64,000 nucleotides of DNA from an uncultured Candidatus Rokubacteria bacterium (GCA_963708025.1 CAVPSB010000028.1:40331-104330); one strand, 5' to 3'. Positions 42,814 to 52,373 are shown, counted from the first letter of the stretch. Translations and numbers: made by a program. Notes: generated from the sequence alone by a model not told the origin.

Positions 42814-43754
42814 CCGCGACGGCCCCGAGCCCCTGGCGTCGCCTGGTCGCGCGCCAGGGATGGAGCGCGGTCCGCCGGGACGAGCGCTACCTGGGAGCCG
42901 CCTTCGTGCTCCCGTCGCTGCTCGTGCTGGCGACGACCATCGTCTACCCGCTCGCCAGCATCTTCCTCTTCAGCTTCCAGGACCTCGATCTGACCGCCGG
43001 CGACGAGCGGGGCCGCTTCGTCGGCCTCGCCAACTACCAGGCCGTCCTCACCTCGTACAACTTCCCCGGCGCCCTCGGCCACTCCCTGCTCCTCGCCGTG
43101 GTCGTGGTCGTGGCCACGGTGGCGCTCGGCATGGGGATCGCGCTGCTCCTGAACGGCACGTTCCCGGGCCGGACGCTGGCGCGGAGCCTCATCATCCTGC
43201 CGTGGGCCATGCCGGCGTTCGTGGCCGCCTTCGCCTGGCGCTGGATCCTCGACTTCCAGTACGGCGCGGTCAACCACCTGATCCGCCTGGCCTCGCCGGA
43301 GAGCGCGGGCATCGCGTTCCTGAGCCAGCCGACGCTGGCGTTCTGGATCGCGGCGCTGGTCTACGTCTGGAAGGGTCTGCCGTGGACGACGCTGGTCCTC
43401 CTGGCCGGGCTCCAGGTGGTGCCGCAGGACCAGCGGGAGGCGGCGCGGGTCGACGGCGCCAGCGCCTTCCACGAGTGGCGGCACGTCGTGCTGCCCTCGA
43501 TCGCGTTCGTGCTCCAGATCACGGTCACGCTCCTGTTCATCTGGAACTTCAACTGGTTCGACATGATGTGGCTGCTCACCCAGGGCGGGCCGGGCCGCGC
43601 CACCGCGATCCTGCCCATCGACGTCTACATGCAGGCCTTCCAGGCGTTCAACAGCGGCTACGCCTCGGCGCTGGGCGTCATCATCCTGGCGGTGGTCGTC
43701 TCGGTGGCGCTCACGCTCTTCCGGCTCTGGTCCCGACAGGAGGGCGGCCTGTGA
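42810..43754 (+). CDS. Carbohydrate ABC transporter permease; start codon unresolved
   Basis: FVGLANY, LPWAMP, EAARVDGA and TQGGP. Confidence 0.88.
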   Translation, partial: VAATAPSPWRRLVARQGWSAVRRDERYLGAAFVLPSLLVLATTIVYPLASIFLFSFQDLDLTAGDERGRFVGLANYQAVLTSYNFPGALGHSLLLAVVVVVATVALGMGIALLLNGTFPGRTLARSLIILPWAMPAFVAAFAWRWILDFQYGAVNHLIRLASPESAGIAFLSQPTLAFWIAALVYVWKGLPWTTLVLLAGLQVVPQDQREAARVDGASAFHEWRHVVLPSIAFVLQITVTLLFIWNFNWFDMMWLLTQGGPGRATAILPIDVYMQAFQAFNSGYASALGVIILAVVVSVALTLFRLWSRQEGGL

Positions 43755-44593
43755 GACACACGCGGGTCCGGCGGGCTCTCCGGATGGCCGTGGTCGGCCT
43801 CATCCTGGCCGTCGTCCTGTTCCCGATCTACTGGCTCGTCCTGACCTCGACCAACACCCCCGACCGGATCCTCTCCCGGGACCCGCAGAGCCTGCTCCCC
43901 CGCCGCCCCTCGCTCCAGGCCTACCGGCACGTGCTGGGCGACTCCCACTTCGCGCTGTTCGCGCGGAACAGCCTCATCGTGGCCGGCTCGGTCACCCTGT
44001 TCGGCGTGAGCGTGAGCGCGCTCGGCGCCTACGCGCTGGCCCGCCTGGCCTTCCCTGGCCGCCGGCTGGTGGGGCGCCTGGTGCTCTTCGCCTACGTGGT
44101 CCCGCCCGTGCTCCTGGTGGTCCCGATGTTCGTCGCGCTGGCCCGGCTGGGCCTGATCGACACGCCCATCGCCCTGGTCCTGGCCCACACCACGTTCGCC
44201 ATCCCGTTCTGCATGTGGATCCTGCGCGGCTTCTTCCTCAGCCTGCCGGCCTCGCTCGAGGAGGCGGCGCTGGTGGACGGCTGCACCCGGCTCCAGGCCT
44301 TCCGGCGGGTCGTGCTCCCGCTGGCCCGCCCGGGCCTGGTGGCGGCAGCCATGTTTGCCTTCCTCCTGTCGTGGAACGAGTACCTCTACGCCCTCGTGTT
44401 CATGCAGAGCGACGCGCAGAAGACGCTCCCCATCGGCATCCAGACGACCTACTTCAACGTGACCATGGCCCCTTCCGACTGGCTGCACCTCCTCACCGCC
44501 TCCGTGCTCGCGTCGGTCCCGGTCTTCCTGCTCTTCATGGGCCTCCAGCGCTGGATGGTGAGCGGGCTGACGGCGGGGGCGGTGAAGGGCTGA
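43751..44593 (+). CDS. Carbohydrate ABC transporter permease
   Basis: LEEAALVDG, SWNEYL and GLTAGAVKG. Confidence 0.92.
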   Translation: MRHTRVRRALRMAVVGLILAVVLFPIYWLVLTSTNTPDRILSRDPQSLLPRRPSLQAYRHVLGDSHFALFARNSLIVAGSVTLFGVSVSALGAYALARLAFPGRRLVGRLVLFAYVVPPVLLVVPMFVALARLGLIDTPIALVLAHTTFAIPFCMWILRGFFLSLPASLEEAALVDGCTRLQAFRRVVLPLARPGLVAAAMFAFLLSWNEYLYALVFMQSDAQKTLPIGIQTTYFNVTMAPSDWLHLLTASVLASVPVFLLFMGLQRWMVSGLTAGAVKG

Positions 44594-44595
44594 GC

Positions 44596-45342
44596 ATGGG
44601 CGTCGGTGACCGGGTGGCGGTGGTCACGGGGGCCGGCCAGGGGATCGGCGCCGCCATCGCGGCGGCCCTGGCCCGGGGCGGGGCTCGGGTCGTGGTCAAC
44701 GACATCGACGCCGACCGGGCGGGGGCGACGGCGGAGCGCCTGGCGCGATCCGGCGCGGGCGTCGTGGCAGCGGCGGCCGACGTCAGCCATGTGGCGGGCG
44801 CCCGCCGCGTCGTGGAGCGGGCGCTCGCCGAGTTCGGGCGGCTCGACATCCTCGTCAACAACGCCGCCATCACGCGCGACGCGTCCCTCGAGGCCATGAC
44901 CGAGGAGGACTGGGACAGGGTCCTCGGGGTGAACCTCCGGGCGGCCTTCCTCTGCTGCCAGCAGGCGGTGCCGCACATGTCGGCGGGGCGGCACGGCCGG
45001 ATCGTCAACATCGGCTCCCGGGCCTGGCTCGGGGGGACCGGCCAGTTCAACTACGCGGCGTCGAAGGGCGGCCTGATCGCCCTCACCCGGACGCTCGCCC
45101 TGGAGGTCGCGGCCCGGCAGATCACCGTCAACGCCATCGCGCCCTCGACCATCGACGCCCCGCTCCTGCACGCGGCCCCCGCCGACGTCCGCGAGCGGAT
45201 GGTGGCCAGCGTCCCCGTCGGCCGGATCGGCCAGCCGGCGGACGTCGCCTGGGCGGTGCTGTTCTTCGCCTCGGACGAGGCCGGCTACGTCACCGGCCAG
45301 ACGCTCTACGTCTGCGGCGGCCGGAGCCTCGCCGCGTACTGA
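44596..45342 (+). CDS. SDR-family oxidoreductase (FabG-like)
   Basis: TGAGQGIG, NNAAI, YAASK and YVTGQ. Confidence 0.92.
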   Translation: MGVGDRVAVVTGAGQGIGAAIAAALARGGARVVVNDIDADRAGATAERLARSGAGVVAAAADVSHVAGARRVVERALAEFGRLDILVNNAAITRDASLEAMTEEDWDRVLGVNLRAAFLCCQQAVPHMSAGRHGRIVNIGSRAWLGGTGQFNYAASKGGLIALTRTLALEVAARQITVNAIAPSTIDAPLLHAAPADVRERMVASVPVGRIGQPADVAWAVLFFASDEAGYVTGQTLYVCGGRSLAAY

Positions 45343-45358
45343 GGTCGGCAAGAGGAGG

Positions 45359-46102
45359 ATGGCGATGCGACTCGTGTACCTGATCCCCGGACCGATGTCG
45401 AAGGGGCCGCTCGGCCCCGGCGAGCTGGCGCGCCGCCAGGCGGTGCTCCAGCGGGCGGCCTTCCCGGGCACGGAGGTCGAGGTCCGCGACGTCCCGGAGG
45501 GGCCGGCCTCGATCGAGTCCGCCTACGAGGAGTACCTCTCGGTCCCAGCGACCCTCCAGGGCCTGCAGGCGCTGGAGCGCGACGGCATCGACGGGGCCAT
45601 CGTCGGCTGCTTCGGCGACCCCGGCGTGGACGCCGCGCGGGAGGTCTGCCGGATGCCGATCGTGGGCCCCGGCGAGGCGGCGATGCTGCTCGCCGCGGCC
45701 CTCGGCCACCGGTTCGCGATCGTGACCGTGCTGGACGCCATCGTCCACCCGCTCCGGCGGCTGGCCTGGAGCGTCGGCGTGCTCGACAAGCTGGCCGCGG
45801 TGCGCGCCATCGGCGTCCCGGTGCTGGAGCTCTACCGCGACCTGGACGCCACCGCCGGCCGGATCGCCGAGGTCGGGAAGCGCACGATCGAGGAGGACGG
45901 CGCCGACACCGTGATCCTCGGCTGCATGACGATGGCCTTCGCCGAGCGCCACCGGGAGCTGGCGGCCGCCCTGGGCGTCCCCGTCGTGAGCCCCGTCCAC
46001 GCGGCGCTCAAGCTGGCCGAGGCCCTCGTCGGGGCCGGCCTCACCCACAGCAAGCGCGCCTACCCCCTGCCGCCGAAGCTGGCCTCACGGGAAGGCGGCT
46101 GA
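45359..46102 (+). CDS. Asp/Glu/hydantoin racemase family (allantoin racemase-like)
   Basis: GPASIES and the two catalytic Cys motifs GCFGDPG and LGCMTM. Confidence 0.88.
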   Translation: MAMRLVYLIPGPMSKGPLGPGELARRQAVLQRAAFPGTEVEVRDVPEGPASIESAYEEYLSVPATLQGLQALERDGIDGAIVGCFGDPGVDAAREVCRMPIVGPGEAAMLLAAALGHRFAIVTVLDAIVHPLRRLAWSVGVLDKLAAVRAIGVPVLELYRDLDATAGRIAEVGKRTIEEDGADTVILGCMTMAFAERHRELAAALGVPVVSPVHAALKLAEALVGAGLTHSKRAYPLPPKLASREGG

Positions 46103-46175
46103 GGAGGCCGGGCGGCTGTCACCAGCGGGACCCCTCGCGCGTTGGTCGGGTGATGCCGACGCCAAGGAGGTCGCC

Positions 46176-48428
46176 ATGAGACACCCGGCCACATCCCCGA
46201 CCGCATCCCTCACCGCCGTCCCGTCCTCCGGCGGGCGGCTCGTCGCTCCCGACGGGCGCACGCTCGCCCTCCGCGGCGTCGCGCTGCGGGCCGAGGCGGG
46301 CGGCGGGCTCGCCCGGGTCGTGCTGGAGCAGCGGTTCCGGAACGCCCACCCCGACCCCCTCCAGGTCACGTACCTCCTGCCCCTGCCCGCCGACGGGGTC
46401 GTCTCCGCCTTCGCGTTCCGGATCGGCGAGCGCCGGGTCGTCGGCGAGGTCGACCGGCGGGCCGCCGCGCGCGAGCGGTTCGAGACGGCGCTCCTGGAGG
46501 GCCGTACGGCCGCGCTCGTCGAGCAGGACCGGGCGGCCCTCTTCACCCAGGAGATCGGGAACATCCCGGCCGGCGCGGAGGTCGTGGCCGAGCTGGTGAT
46601 CGACCAGCGGCTGGGCTGGCTGGACGAGGGGGCCTGGGAGTGGCGGTTCCCGACGGTCGTCGCGCCCCGCTACCTCGGCGCCGGCGGCCGGGTGGCCGAC
46701 GGGGAGCGGGTGACGGTCAACGTCGTCGAGCCGCCGACGGACATCGGAGCGAGCCTCGCGCTGGTGATCCGCGACGGGCTCCGCGAGGGCCGCGCCCCCG
46801 AGTCCCCCTCGCATGCGCTGCGGGTCGCGCCCGGAGGCCCCGGGCTCGAGGTCCGCTTCGACGGCGAGGGGGCCGTCGCCCTCGACCGCGACGTCGTCGT
46901 CCGTTGGGCCGTGGCGCGGCCCACCACCGGCCTGGCGCTGGACACCGGGCGGCCCGCCGGCGACCAGCCCCACGCGGACGCCGCCTACGGGCTCCTGACC
47001 CTCGTGCCTCCGGCCGCGGAGGAGCGCCCTCCGGCGTTCCCCCGCGACCTGGTCGTGCTGCTCGACACGAGCGGGTCGATGGCCGGCGCACCCCTCGACC
47101 AGGCCCGGCGGGTGGTCGGGGCGCTCGTGGAGAGCCTCGACGACGCCGACCGGCTCGAGCTGCTCGCGTTCTCGGATCGCCCGCTCCGGTGGAAGCCGCG
47201 CCCCGTGGCGGCGACCGCGGCGGCCCGGGCCGAGGCCCGCCGCTGGCTGGACGGGCTCCAGGCGGGCGGCGGGACCGAGATGGCCACGGCGGTCAGCGAG
47301 GCGCTCCGACCGCTCCGCCCCGACGCCCAGCGCCAGGTCGTGCTGGTCACCGACGGCCTCGTCGGCTTCGAGTCGGAGATCGTGGCGGCCGTCGCCGGCG
47401 CGCTGCCGGCCGGCTCGCGGCTCCACACGGTCGGCGTCGGCTCCGCCGCGAACCGCGGGCTCACGGCGCCGGCCGCCCGCGCCGGGCGCGGGGCCGAGGT
47501 CATCGTCGGCCTCGACGAGGACCCGGGGCCGGCGGCGGGGCGGCTCGTCGCCCGCACCCGCACGCCGCTCCTGACGGAGCTGGAGCTGAGCGGGAGTGCC
47601 CTCCTGGAGAGCGCGCCCGCGCGGATCCCCGACGTGCTGGCGGCCGCCCCGGTGCTGGTCGCCGTCCGGCTTCGCCCGGAGGGCGGCGAGGTCCGGGCCC
47701 GAGGGCGGACGACGGCGGGGCCCTGGACCGGCAGCCTGGTCGTCGCGCCCGTGGCCGCCGGTGCCGGGAATCCGGCGGTGGTCGTCCACTACGGCCGGGA
47801 GGCGGTGGAGGACCTGGAGGTCCGGCGGGTCGCCGAGGAGGACGCGGCGCTCGACGGCGCCATCGAGCGGCTCGGGCTGGCCTTCCAGATCGCGACGCGG
47901 CTCACCTCGTGGGTGGCCGTGAGCGAGGAGCCGGGCGTGGACCCGCGCGCGCCGTGGCGCCGCGAGCGGATCCCGCAGGCGCTGCCCCACGGCATGTCGG
48001 CGGAGGGCCTCGGGCTCCGGGGGCCGCGCCTGACACTCGCTCTTCGGCAGGAGCCCTCCCGCGCTGCTTTCCATGAGCTCGCATCGGCTGTCGCGAGCGT
48101 GGCCGAGCCCGGATATCTTCTCGAGCGGCGCCCCGTGATGCTGACGGGCCGCCTGGTGCGCTGTGATGGGCTCCAGCTGGTCCTCGAGATCAGCCTCGAG
48201 CGGAGCGTGGACTGGCACCCCGAGGCTGCGGAGGTGGCCTGGCTGGACGGTGCTCGTCTCGACGCCGAGATCGACTGGCAGCACACGACCCGGGAGGGCC
48301 GACCGACTCGGGGTCAGGTCATCCGGCTCGTGCTCCGGCTGCCGGCCGGGGCGCCGGCCGCCGCGCCGGTCCGGATCGTCCTGACCGGCGAGGGCGGACC
48401 GCTGACGATCCACGTCCGCGCCGGATGA
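46176..48428 (+). CDS. VIT domain plus von Willebrand factor A domain protein
   Basis: VIT-like region (Q.F.N...Y.LPLP....V..F...IGER; FTQEIGNIP), MIDAS DTSGSM, GGGTE and VTDG; SD AGGAGG. Confidence 0.88.
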   Translation: MRHPATSPTASLTAVPSSGGRLVAPDGRTLALRGVALRAEAGGGLARVVLEQRFRNAHPDPLQVTYLLPLPADGVVSAFAFRIGERRVVGEVDRRAAARERFETALLEGRTAALVEQDRAALFTQEIGNIPAGAEVVAELVIDQRLGWLDEGAWEWRFPTVVAPRYLGAGGRVADGERVTVNVVEPPTDIGASLALVIRDGLREGRAPESPSHALRVAPGGPGLEVRFDGEGAVALDRDVVVRWAVARPTTGLALDTGRPAGDQPHADAAYGLLTLVPPAAEERPPAFPRDLVVLLDTSGSMAGAPLDQARRVVGALVESLDDADRLELLAFSDRPLRWKPRPVAATAAARAEARRWLDGLQAGGGTEMATAVSEALRPLRPDAQRQVVLVTDGLVGFESEIVAAVAGALPAGSRLHTVGVGSAANRGLTAPAARAGRGAEVIVGLDEDPGPAAGRLVARTRTPLLTELELSGSALLESAPARIPDVLAAAPVLVAVRLRPEGGEVRARGRTTAGPWTGSLVVAPVAAGAGNPAVVVHYGREAVEDLEVRRVAEEDAALDGAIERLGLAFQIATRLTSWVAVSEEPGVDPRAPWRRERIPQALPHGMSAEGLGLRGPRLTLALRQEPSRAAFHELASAVASVAEPGYLLERRPVMLTGRLVRCDGLQLVLEISLERSVDWHPEAAEVAWLDGARLDAEIDWQHTTREGRPTRGQVIRLVLRLPAGAPAAAPVRIVLTGEGGPLTIHVRAG

Positions 48429-49000
48429 CCCTCGACGACCACCTGCCGGGCATCGTCAGTGGCGATGCCGAGGCCTTCGCCCGCTGGCTCGCGGGCGCCG
48501 AGCGGCGGCTGCGAGGCAGCCTGCGGGCCTTCGCGGTGCGCGTGGACACCGAGGCCGTGCTCCAGGAGACGCTCCTGCGCGTCTGGCAGGTGGCGCCCCG
48601 GTTCGTGCCGGACGGCCGCCCGGACGGGCTCCTCCGCCTCGCGATCCGGATTGCGCGCAACCACGCGGTCTCCGAGCTGCGCCGCGACCGGCTGGTGCCG
48701 GCCGACCTCGAGGCGCTGGAGCGCGCGGCGCGCCAGCACGACGACGATCCGGGGCCGGCCACGACCAGCGACCCCCTGCTCCGGCGCGCGATCGAGGAGT
48801 GCCGGGCGAGGCTCCCGCGGAAGCCGGCGCTCGCCCTCGGCGCCCGGCTCGAGAGCGGCGGCGTCGAGCCGGACGAGGCGCTGGCCGCCCACCTCGGGAT
48901 GCGCCGGAACACGTTCCTCCAGAACATCACGCGAGCCCGCCGGCTCCTCCTGGAGTGCCTCGGCCGGCGGGGCATCGACGTGACGGCGGAGCTGGCGTGA
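48425..49000 (+). CDS. ECF-type RNA polymerase sigma factor
   Basis: Region 2 (EAVLQETLLRVW...IARN.A...LRR) and region 4 (LA..LGM...T.....TRARR.L..CL); ATGA overlap. Confidence 0.8.
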   Translation: MTLDDHLPGIVSGDAEAFARWLAGAERRLRGSLRAFAVRVDTEAVLQETLLRVWQVAPRFVPDGRPDGLLRLAIRIARNHAVSELRRDRLVPADLEALERAARQHDDDPGPATTSDPLLRRAIEECRARLPRKPALALGARLESGGVEPDEALAAHLGMRRNTFLQNITRARRLLLECLGRRGIDVTAELA

Positions 49001-49215
49001 CGCCCGAGGAGCTGATCGAGGCCGCCAGCACCGCCTGGCGCCCGCGCGATCCCTCGGGGGCGATCCAACCGCACCCGGCCTGGGCGGACCTCGACGCCGC
49101 CGGCCGCCGCACGCTCTACGAAGCGATCGTCCGCACGCGGGCGCTGGAGGCGGCCCTCGACGCCGAGGGCCTGACCACGACGGCGCGGGCCGTCCTCGCC
49201 CGCATCCGCCGCTGA
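48997..49215 (+). CDS. 72-aa hypothetical protein coupled to the ECF sigma factor
   Basis: GTGA overlap with the sigma stop codon; MTPEELIEAASTAWRPRD...HPAWADLD...LARIRR; GC3-rich codons. Confidence 0.65.
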   Translation: MTPEELIEAASTAWRPRDPSGAIQPHPAWADLDAAGRRTLYEAIVRTRALEAALDAEGLTTTARAVLARIRR

Positions 49216-49227
49216 GAGTGTCGAGCG

Positions 49228-49634
49228 TCATCGTGGCTTCCGACGTCGAGCCCGCATGTGTCGCTGGACGAACACGGCCACTTCGGGTTTGCTGACCTCT
49301 CCCGTCGCCACGCCGACCACCACGCGCTCGAGCTCCTCGGGATCAGCCTCCAGCCAGTGGTCGTTCAGGCCCAGAAACGCGAGGAGCGCCACGAGCCCCA
49401 CCCGCTTGTTCCCGTCGACGAACGGGTGGTCCCGCACCAGGTGGAAGAGGTAGGCTGCCGCGATCTCGTGCAGGCTGCCGTGGAGCAGCCGTCCCTCGAA
49501 CGTGGCGGACGGCGTGCCCAGCGCCGACTGGAGCAAGCCGACGTCCCGGATGCCCGGCCGGCCCCCGTATCGCTCGATCTGGTCCGCGTGGAGCGCGAGC
49601 ACCTCGTCGAGCGACAGGAAGCGTGGTCTCGCTA
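49228..49634 (-). CDS. doc: Doc (death-on-curing, Fic-family) toxin
   Basis: RFLSLDEVLALH, GIRDVGLLQSAL and HPFVDGNKR. The first canonical start (GTG 49602) falls inside the conserved N-terminus, so the true start is uncertain. Confidence 0.88.
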
Positions 49635-49859
49635 CTGGGCCAGGCGCCGGAACACTCCCCCGTACTGCCGGTGGGCCTCTTCGACGAGCCGCTTCAGCTT
49701 CAGGGTTCGCCGCCGCTCGCGAAGCGGCGAGACCACGATCACTTCACCGTCCGTGGAGACCTCGAGCGGGGTACGCGCATCGATCTTCAGTCGCGCCAGC
49801 ATTGGCCGGTCCAGGACCAGCGCCAGGCTGTTGCCTGTCTTCACGAGCCTCTTGACCAT
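49632..49859 (-). CDS. AbrB/MazE-family antitoxin
   Basis: MVKRLVKTGNSLALVL swapped-hairpin start and terminal YGGVFRRLAQ; directly upstream of doc. Confidence 0.88.
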   Translation of the reverse strand: MVKRLVKTGNSLALVLDRPMLARLKIDARTPLEVSTDGEVIVVSPLRERRRTLKLKRLVEEAHRQYGGVFRRLAQ

Positions 49860-50060
49860 GGGCGGCGCCTCCGTACGTACAGTATGCCACAGCCGTCAGT
49901 ATTGAGGCATCTCCGGGAATCGGCTGGTCGCGACGCAGACACGTCGGATATGCTGGACGTGGGCGAGGACGGGCGGCGCCCCGGCATTTCCACGTTCAAG
50001 CGGGACCCACCTCTCCGTGGCGACTTGACCGGGTGATTGCTACTGCAATAGCCCCCAGAA

Positions 50061-50786
50061 ATGGCGGCGGGACACGACGAGGGGGTCGGGGCGGCGATCC
50101 GGCGGCAGCGGGAGTCTCTCGGGCTCTCGCAGCGCGCGCTGGCCAAGCGGGCTGGGGTCTCGCAACCCTACCTCTCGCAACTGGAGGCGGCGACGCGACG
50201 CCGGGTCAGCGTCGGCATCCTCCGTCGCCTGGCCGAGGCCCTGGGTGTCCCGACCGCCCACCTCGTGGACAGCGAGCCGTCCGGCCTGCCGCGGCGTGGC
50301 CGGACCGAAGTGTGGCTGTACCGGATGGCGGAACGGGCCGAGCAGATGCGGCAGGACTCGCACGAGGTGCGGGAAGGCCGGCTGCTGCCCCGGCCGTGGG
50401 ACATGTCCGGGGCGACGATCTATCGCCGCGGCGGGCGGCTCCCCCACCCCGGTGACGTCATCGTGCTGTGTCGCGTGGCCGGCGGCGATGACGCCGCGGG
50501 CCTGTGGGGGCTCGGCGTGATCACCGAGTTCAGCGAAGCCCGGCAGCTTCGATTTCGCGCCCTGCCGCCGACCGAGACGCTCCAGGCAACGCCGCGCTGG
50601 GGCCCGACGGTGAGGCGCCTGATCGAGGGAAGCCCGGCCGCCGGCGGCGATGCCATGTGGCGGGTCCGGGAGGCGAAGCAGGTCGCGGTCCTGATGCGCG
50701 AGATCTCGGACGAGCTCGCCGGCGGGTGGCTCCGGGAGTGGGCGCGGCGGGACCCGCCCGCCTGGCGGATCACTCCTTGGTCTTGA
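50061..50786 (+). CDS. XRE-family HTH protein with a C-terminal EVE/PUA-like domain
   Basis: LSQRALAKRAGVSQPYLSQLE HTH (clear); the C-terminal VWL...W...PGDVIVL...GLWGLGVI pattern is an inferred assignment. Confidence 0.7.
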   Translation: MAAGHDEGVGAAIRRQRESLGLSQRALAKRAGVSQPYLSQLEAATRRRVSVGILRRLAEALGVPTAHLVDSEPSGLPRRGRTEVWLYRMAERAEQMRQDSHEVREGRLLPRPWDMSGATIYRRGGRLPHPGDVIVLCRVAGGDDAAGLWGLGVITEFSEARQLRFRALPPTETLQATPRWGPTVRRLIEGSPAAGGDAMWRVREAKQVAVLMREISDELAGGWLREWARRDPPAWRITPWS

Positions 50787-51012
50787 GCTGGGCGTCGTTC
50801 TCCCGGATGAAGGCGCGGATCTCGTCGGCCACGTCGAGGAGCTTCAGCCACTGCTCCTTGTAGAGGGTGACCGGGAAGCGTCCCAGCCCGTAGACCGAGA
50901 CCCCGCCCTTGTCGCTCACCCGGAGGCTGATCCCCTTGCGGGCCCGGGACTTCAGCGCCTCGTTCTCGGCCCGCAGGCGGGCCAGCTCGGCCTGGGGGTT
51001 CTCGTCGGCCAT
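50770..51012 (-). CDS. 80-aa hypothetical protein
   Basis: SD GAGGGAG, an N-terminal coiled coil, then VSDKGGVSVYGLGRFPVTLYKEQW. Confidence 0.8.
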   Translation of the reverse strand: MADENPQAELARLRAENEALKSRARKGISLRVSDKGGVSVYGLGRFPVTLYKEQWLKLLDVADEIRAFIRENDAQLKTKE

Positions 51013-51025
51013 CGAAGGCTCCCTC

Positions 51026-52361
51026 CTACTTGACCCGCGCGACGACCCGCCGGACGGCGTCCACCAGCGTCTCGATCTCGGCCTCGCCGGTCATGGTGCC
51101 CAGCGCCCCGGCCAGCCCGGTCTGCAGGAGGACCCCCTCGTTCAGGAGGCCGACGAAGACCGCGCGCTTGAGCTCCGGGTCCCCGGTCAGCATCGCCCGG
51201 TAGTCGGTGACCGGCTGGGCCGTGAAGTGGAGCCCGAACAGCGAGGCCACGCCCGTCACCTGGGCGGGGACGCCGAGCTCGGCGAGGGCGGCCCGCAGCT
51301 TCCCCCGCAGGGACTCGCCCAGGTCGGCCAGCCGCCGGTAGATCGCGGGGGTCAGCGAGCGCATGACGATCTCGCCCGCGACCATCGTCATCGGGTTGGC
51401 GTTGAAGGTGCCGGCGTGGGCGATCCGGGCGCCGGCCCCGCTCGGGTCGAACTGGGCCATGATGTCCCGGCGGCCGCCGAAGGCCCCGACCGGCAGCCCG
51501 CCCCCGATGATCTTGCCCAGGCACGTCAGGTCGGGGGCCACGCCGAACAGCTCCTGGGCGCCGCCCGGCGCCACCCGGAGGCTCTGCACCTCGTCGAAGA
51601 TCAGGACGATGCCCAGCTCCTCGGTGACCTTCCGGATGCCGCGGAGGAATTCCGGCCGGCCCGGCACGTAGCCGAACGACGACATGATCGGGCTCCATGA
51701 TGAGGCAGGCCAGCTCGCCGGCGTGGGCGCGCAGCAGCCGCTCGCTCGCCGCCAGGTCGTTGTACGGCAGCACGACGACCTCGCGGAGGACGCTGGCCGA
51801 CTGGCCCGGGTACTCGGGGATCGCCGTCGGCCCGGCGGGGTCGAGCTTCGCCGCCGGCGGCTGGACGCTGACCGCCACGTACTCGTGGGCGCCGTGGTAC
51901 GCGCCCTCGAACTTGGCGATCTTGGGCCGGCCCGTGAAGGCCCGCGCGGCCCGGATGGCCATCAGCGTGCCCTCGGTGCCCGAGTTGGTGAAGCGCACCG
52001 TGTCCAGCGAGGGGATGCGGTCGCACAGGAGCTGGGCCAGGCGGACCTGGGACACGGTCGGCGTGCTGAAGGCGGTGCCCTTCGCCGCCTGGGCCGCGAT
52101 CCCCTCCACCAGCTCGGGGTGGGCGTGGCCGAGGATCAGGCTGGTCGCGTTGAGCATGAAGTCGAGGTACCGGTTGCCGTCCGCGTCGTAGACGTAGTGG
52201 CCCTCGCCGCCCTCGGCGAAGAACGGATAGGGGGCGAAGTAGGCGGTCCCCCGGGAGCTGCCGCCCGGCAGCACGCGGGCGGCCTCGGCCTGGAGCGCCC
52301 GCGACTTCGGGGTCCGGGCCTCGTATCGCTGGATCTCCCGCTCGAGCGCGGCTGAGGCCAT
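51026..52361 (-). CDS. Class III aminotransferase (GSA aminomutase-like); +1 frameshift near 51690
   Basis: DADGNRYLD, NSGTEG, IMEP in one frame; FDEVQS, GKIIGGGLP and HAGTFN in the other. Confidence 0.88.
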
Positions 52362-52373
52362 TCCTAGCTCCCT

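Noticed and set aside
42810-42910. Possible GTA initiation codon for the sugar permease
   Set aside because: An out-of-frame ATG at 42860 becomes a good start if one G is removed, which fits the window's insertion-error pattern.
46176-51012. Prophage or integrative element around the TA and XRE genes
   Set aside because: No integrase, tRNA target, att repeats or phage structural genes were seen.
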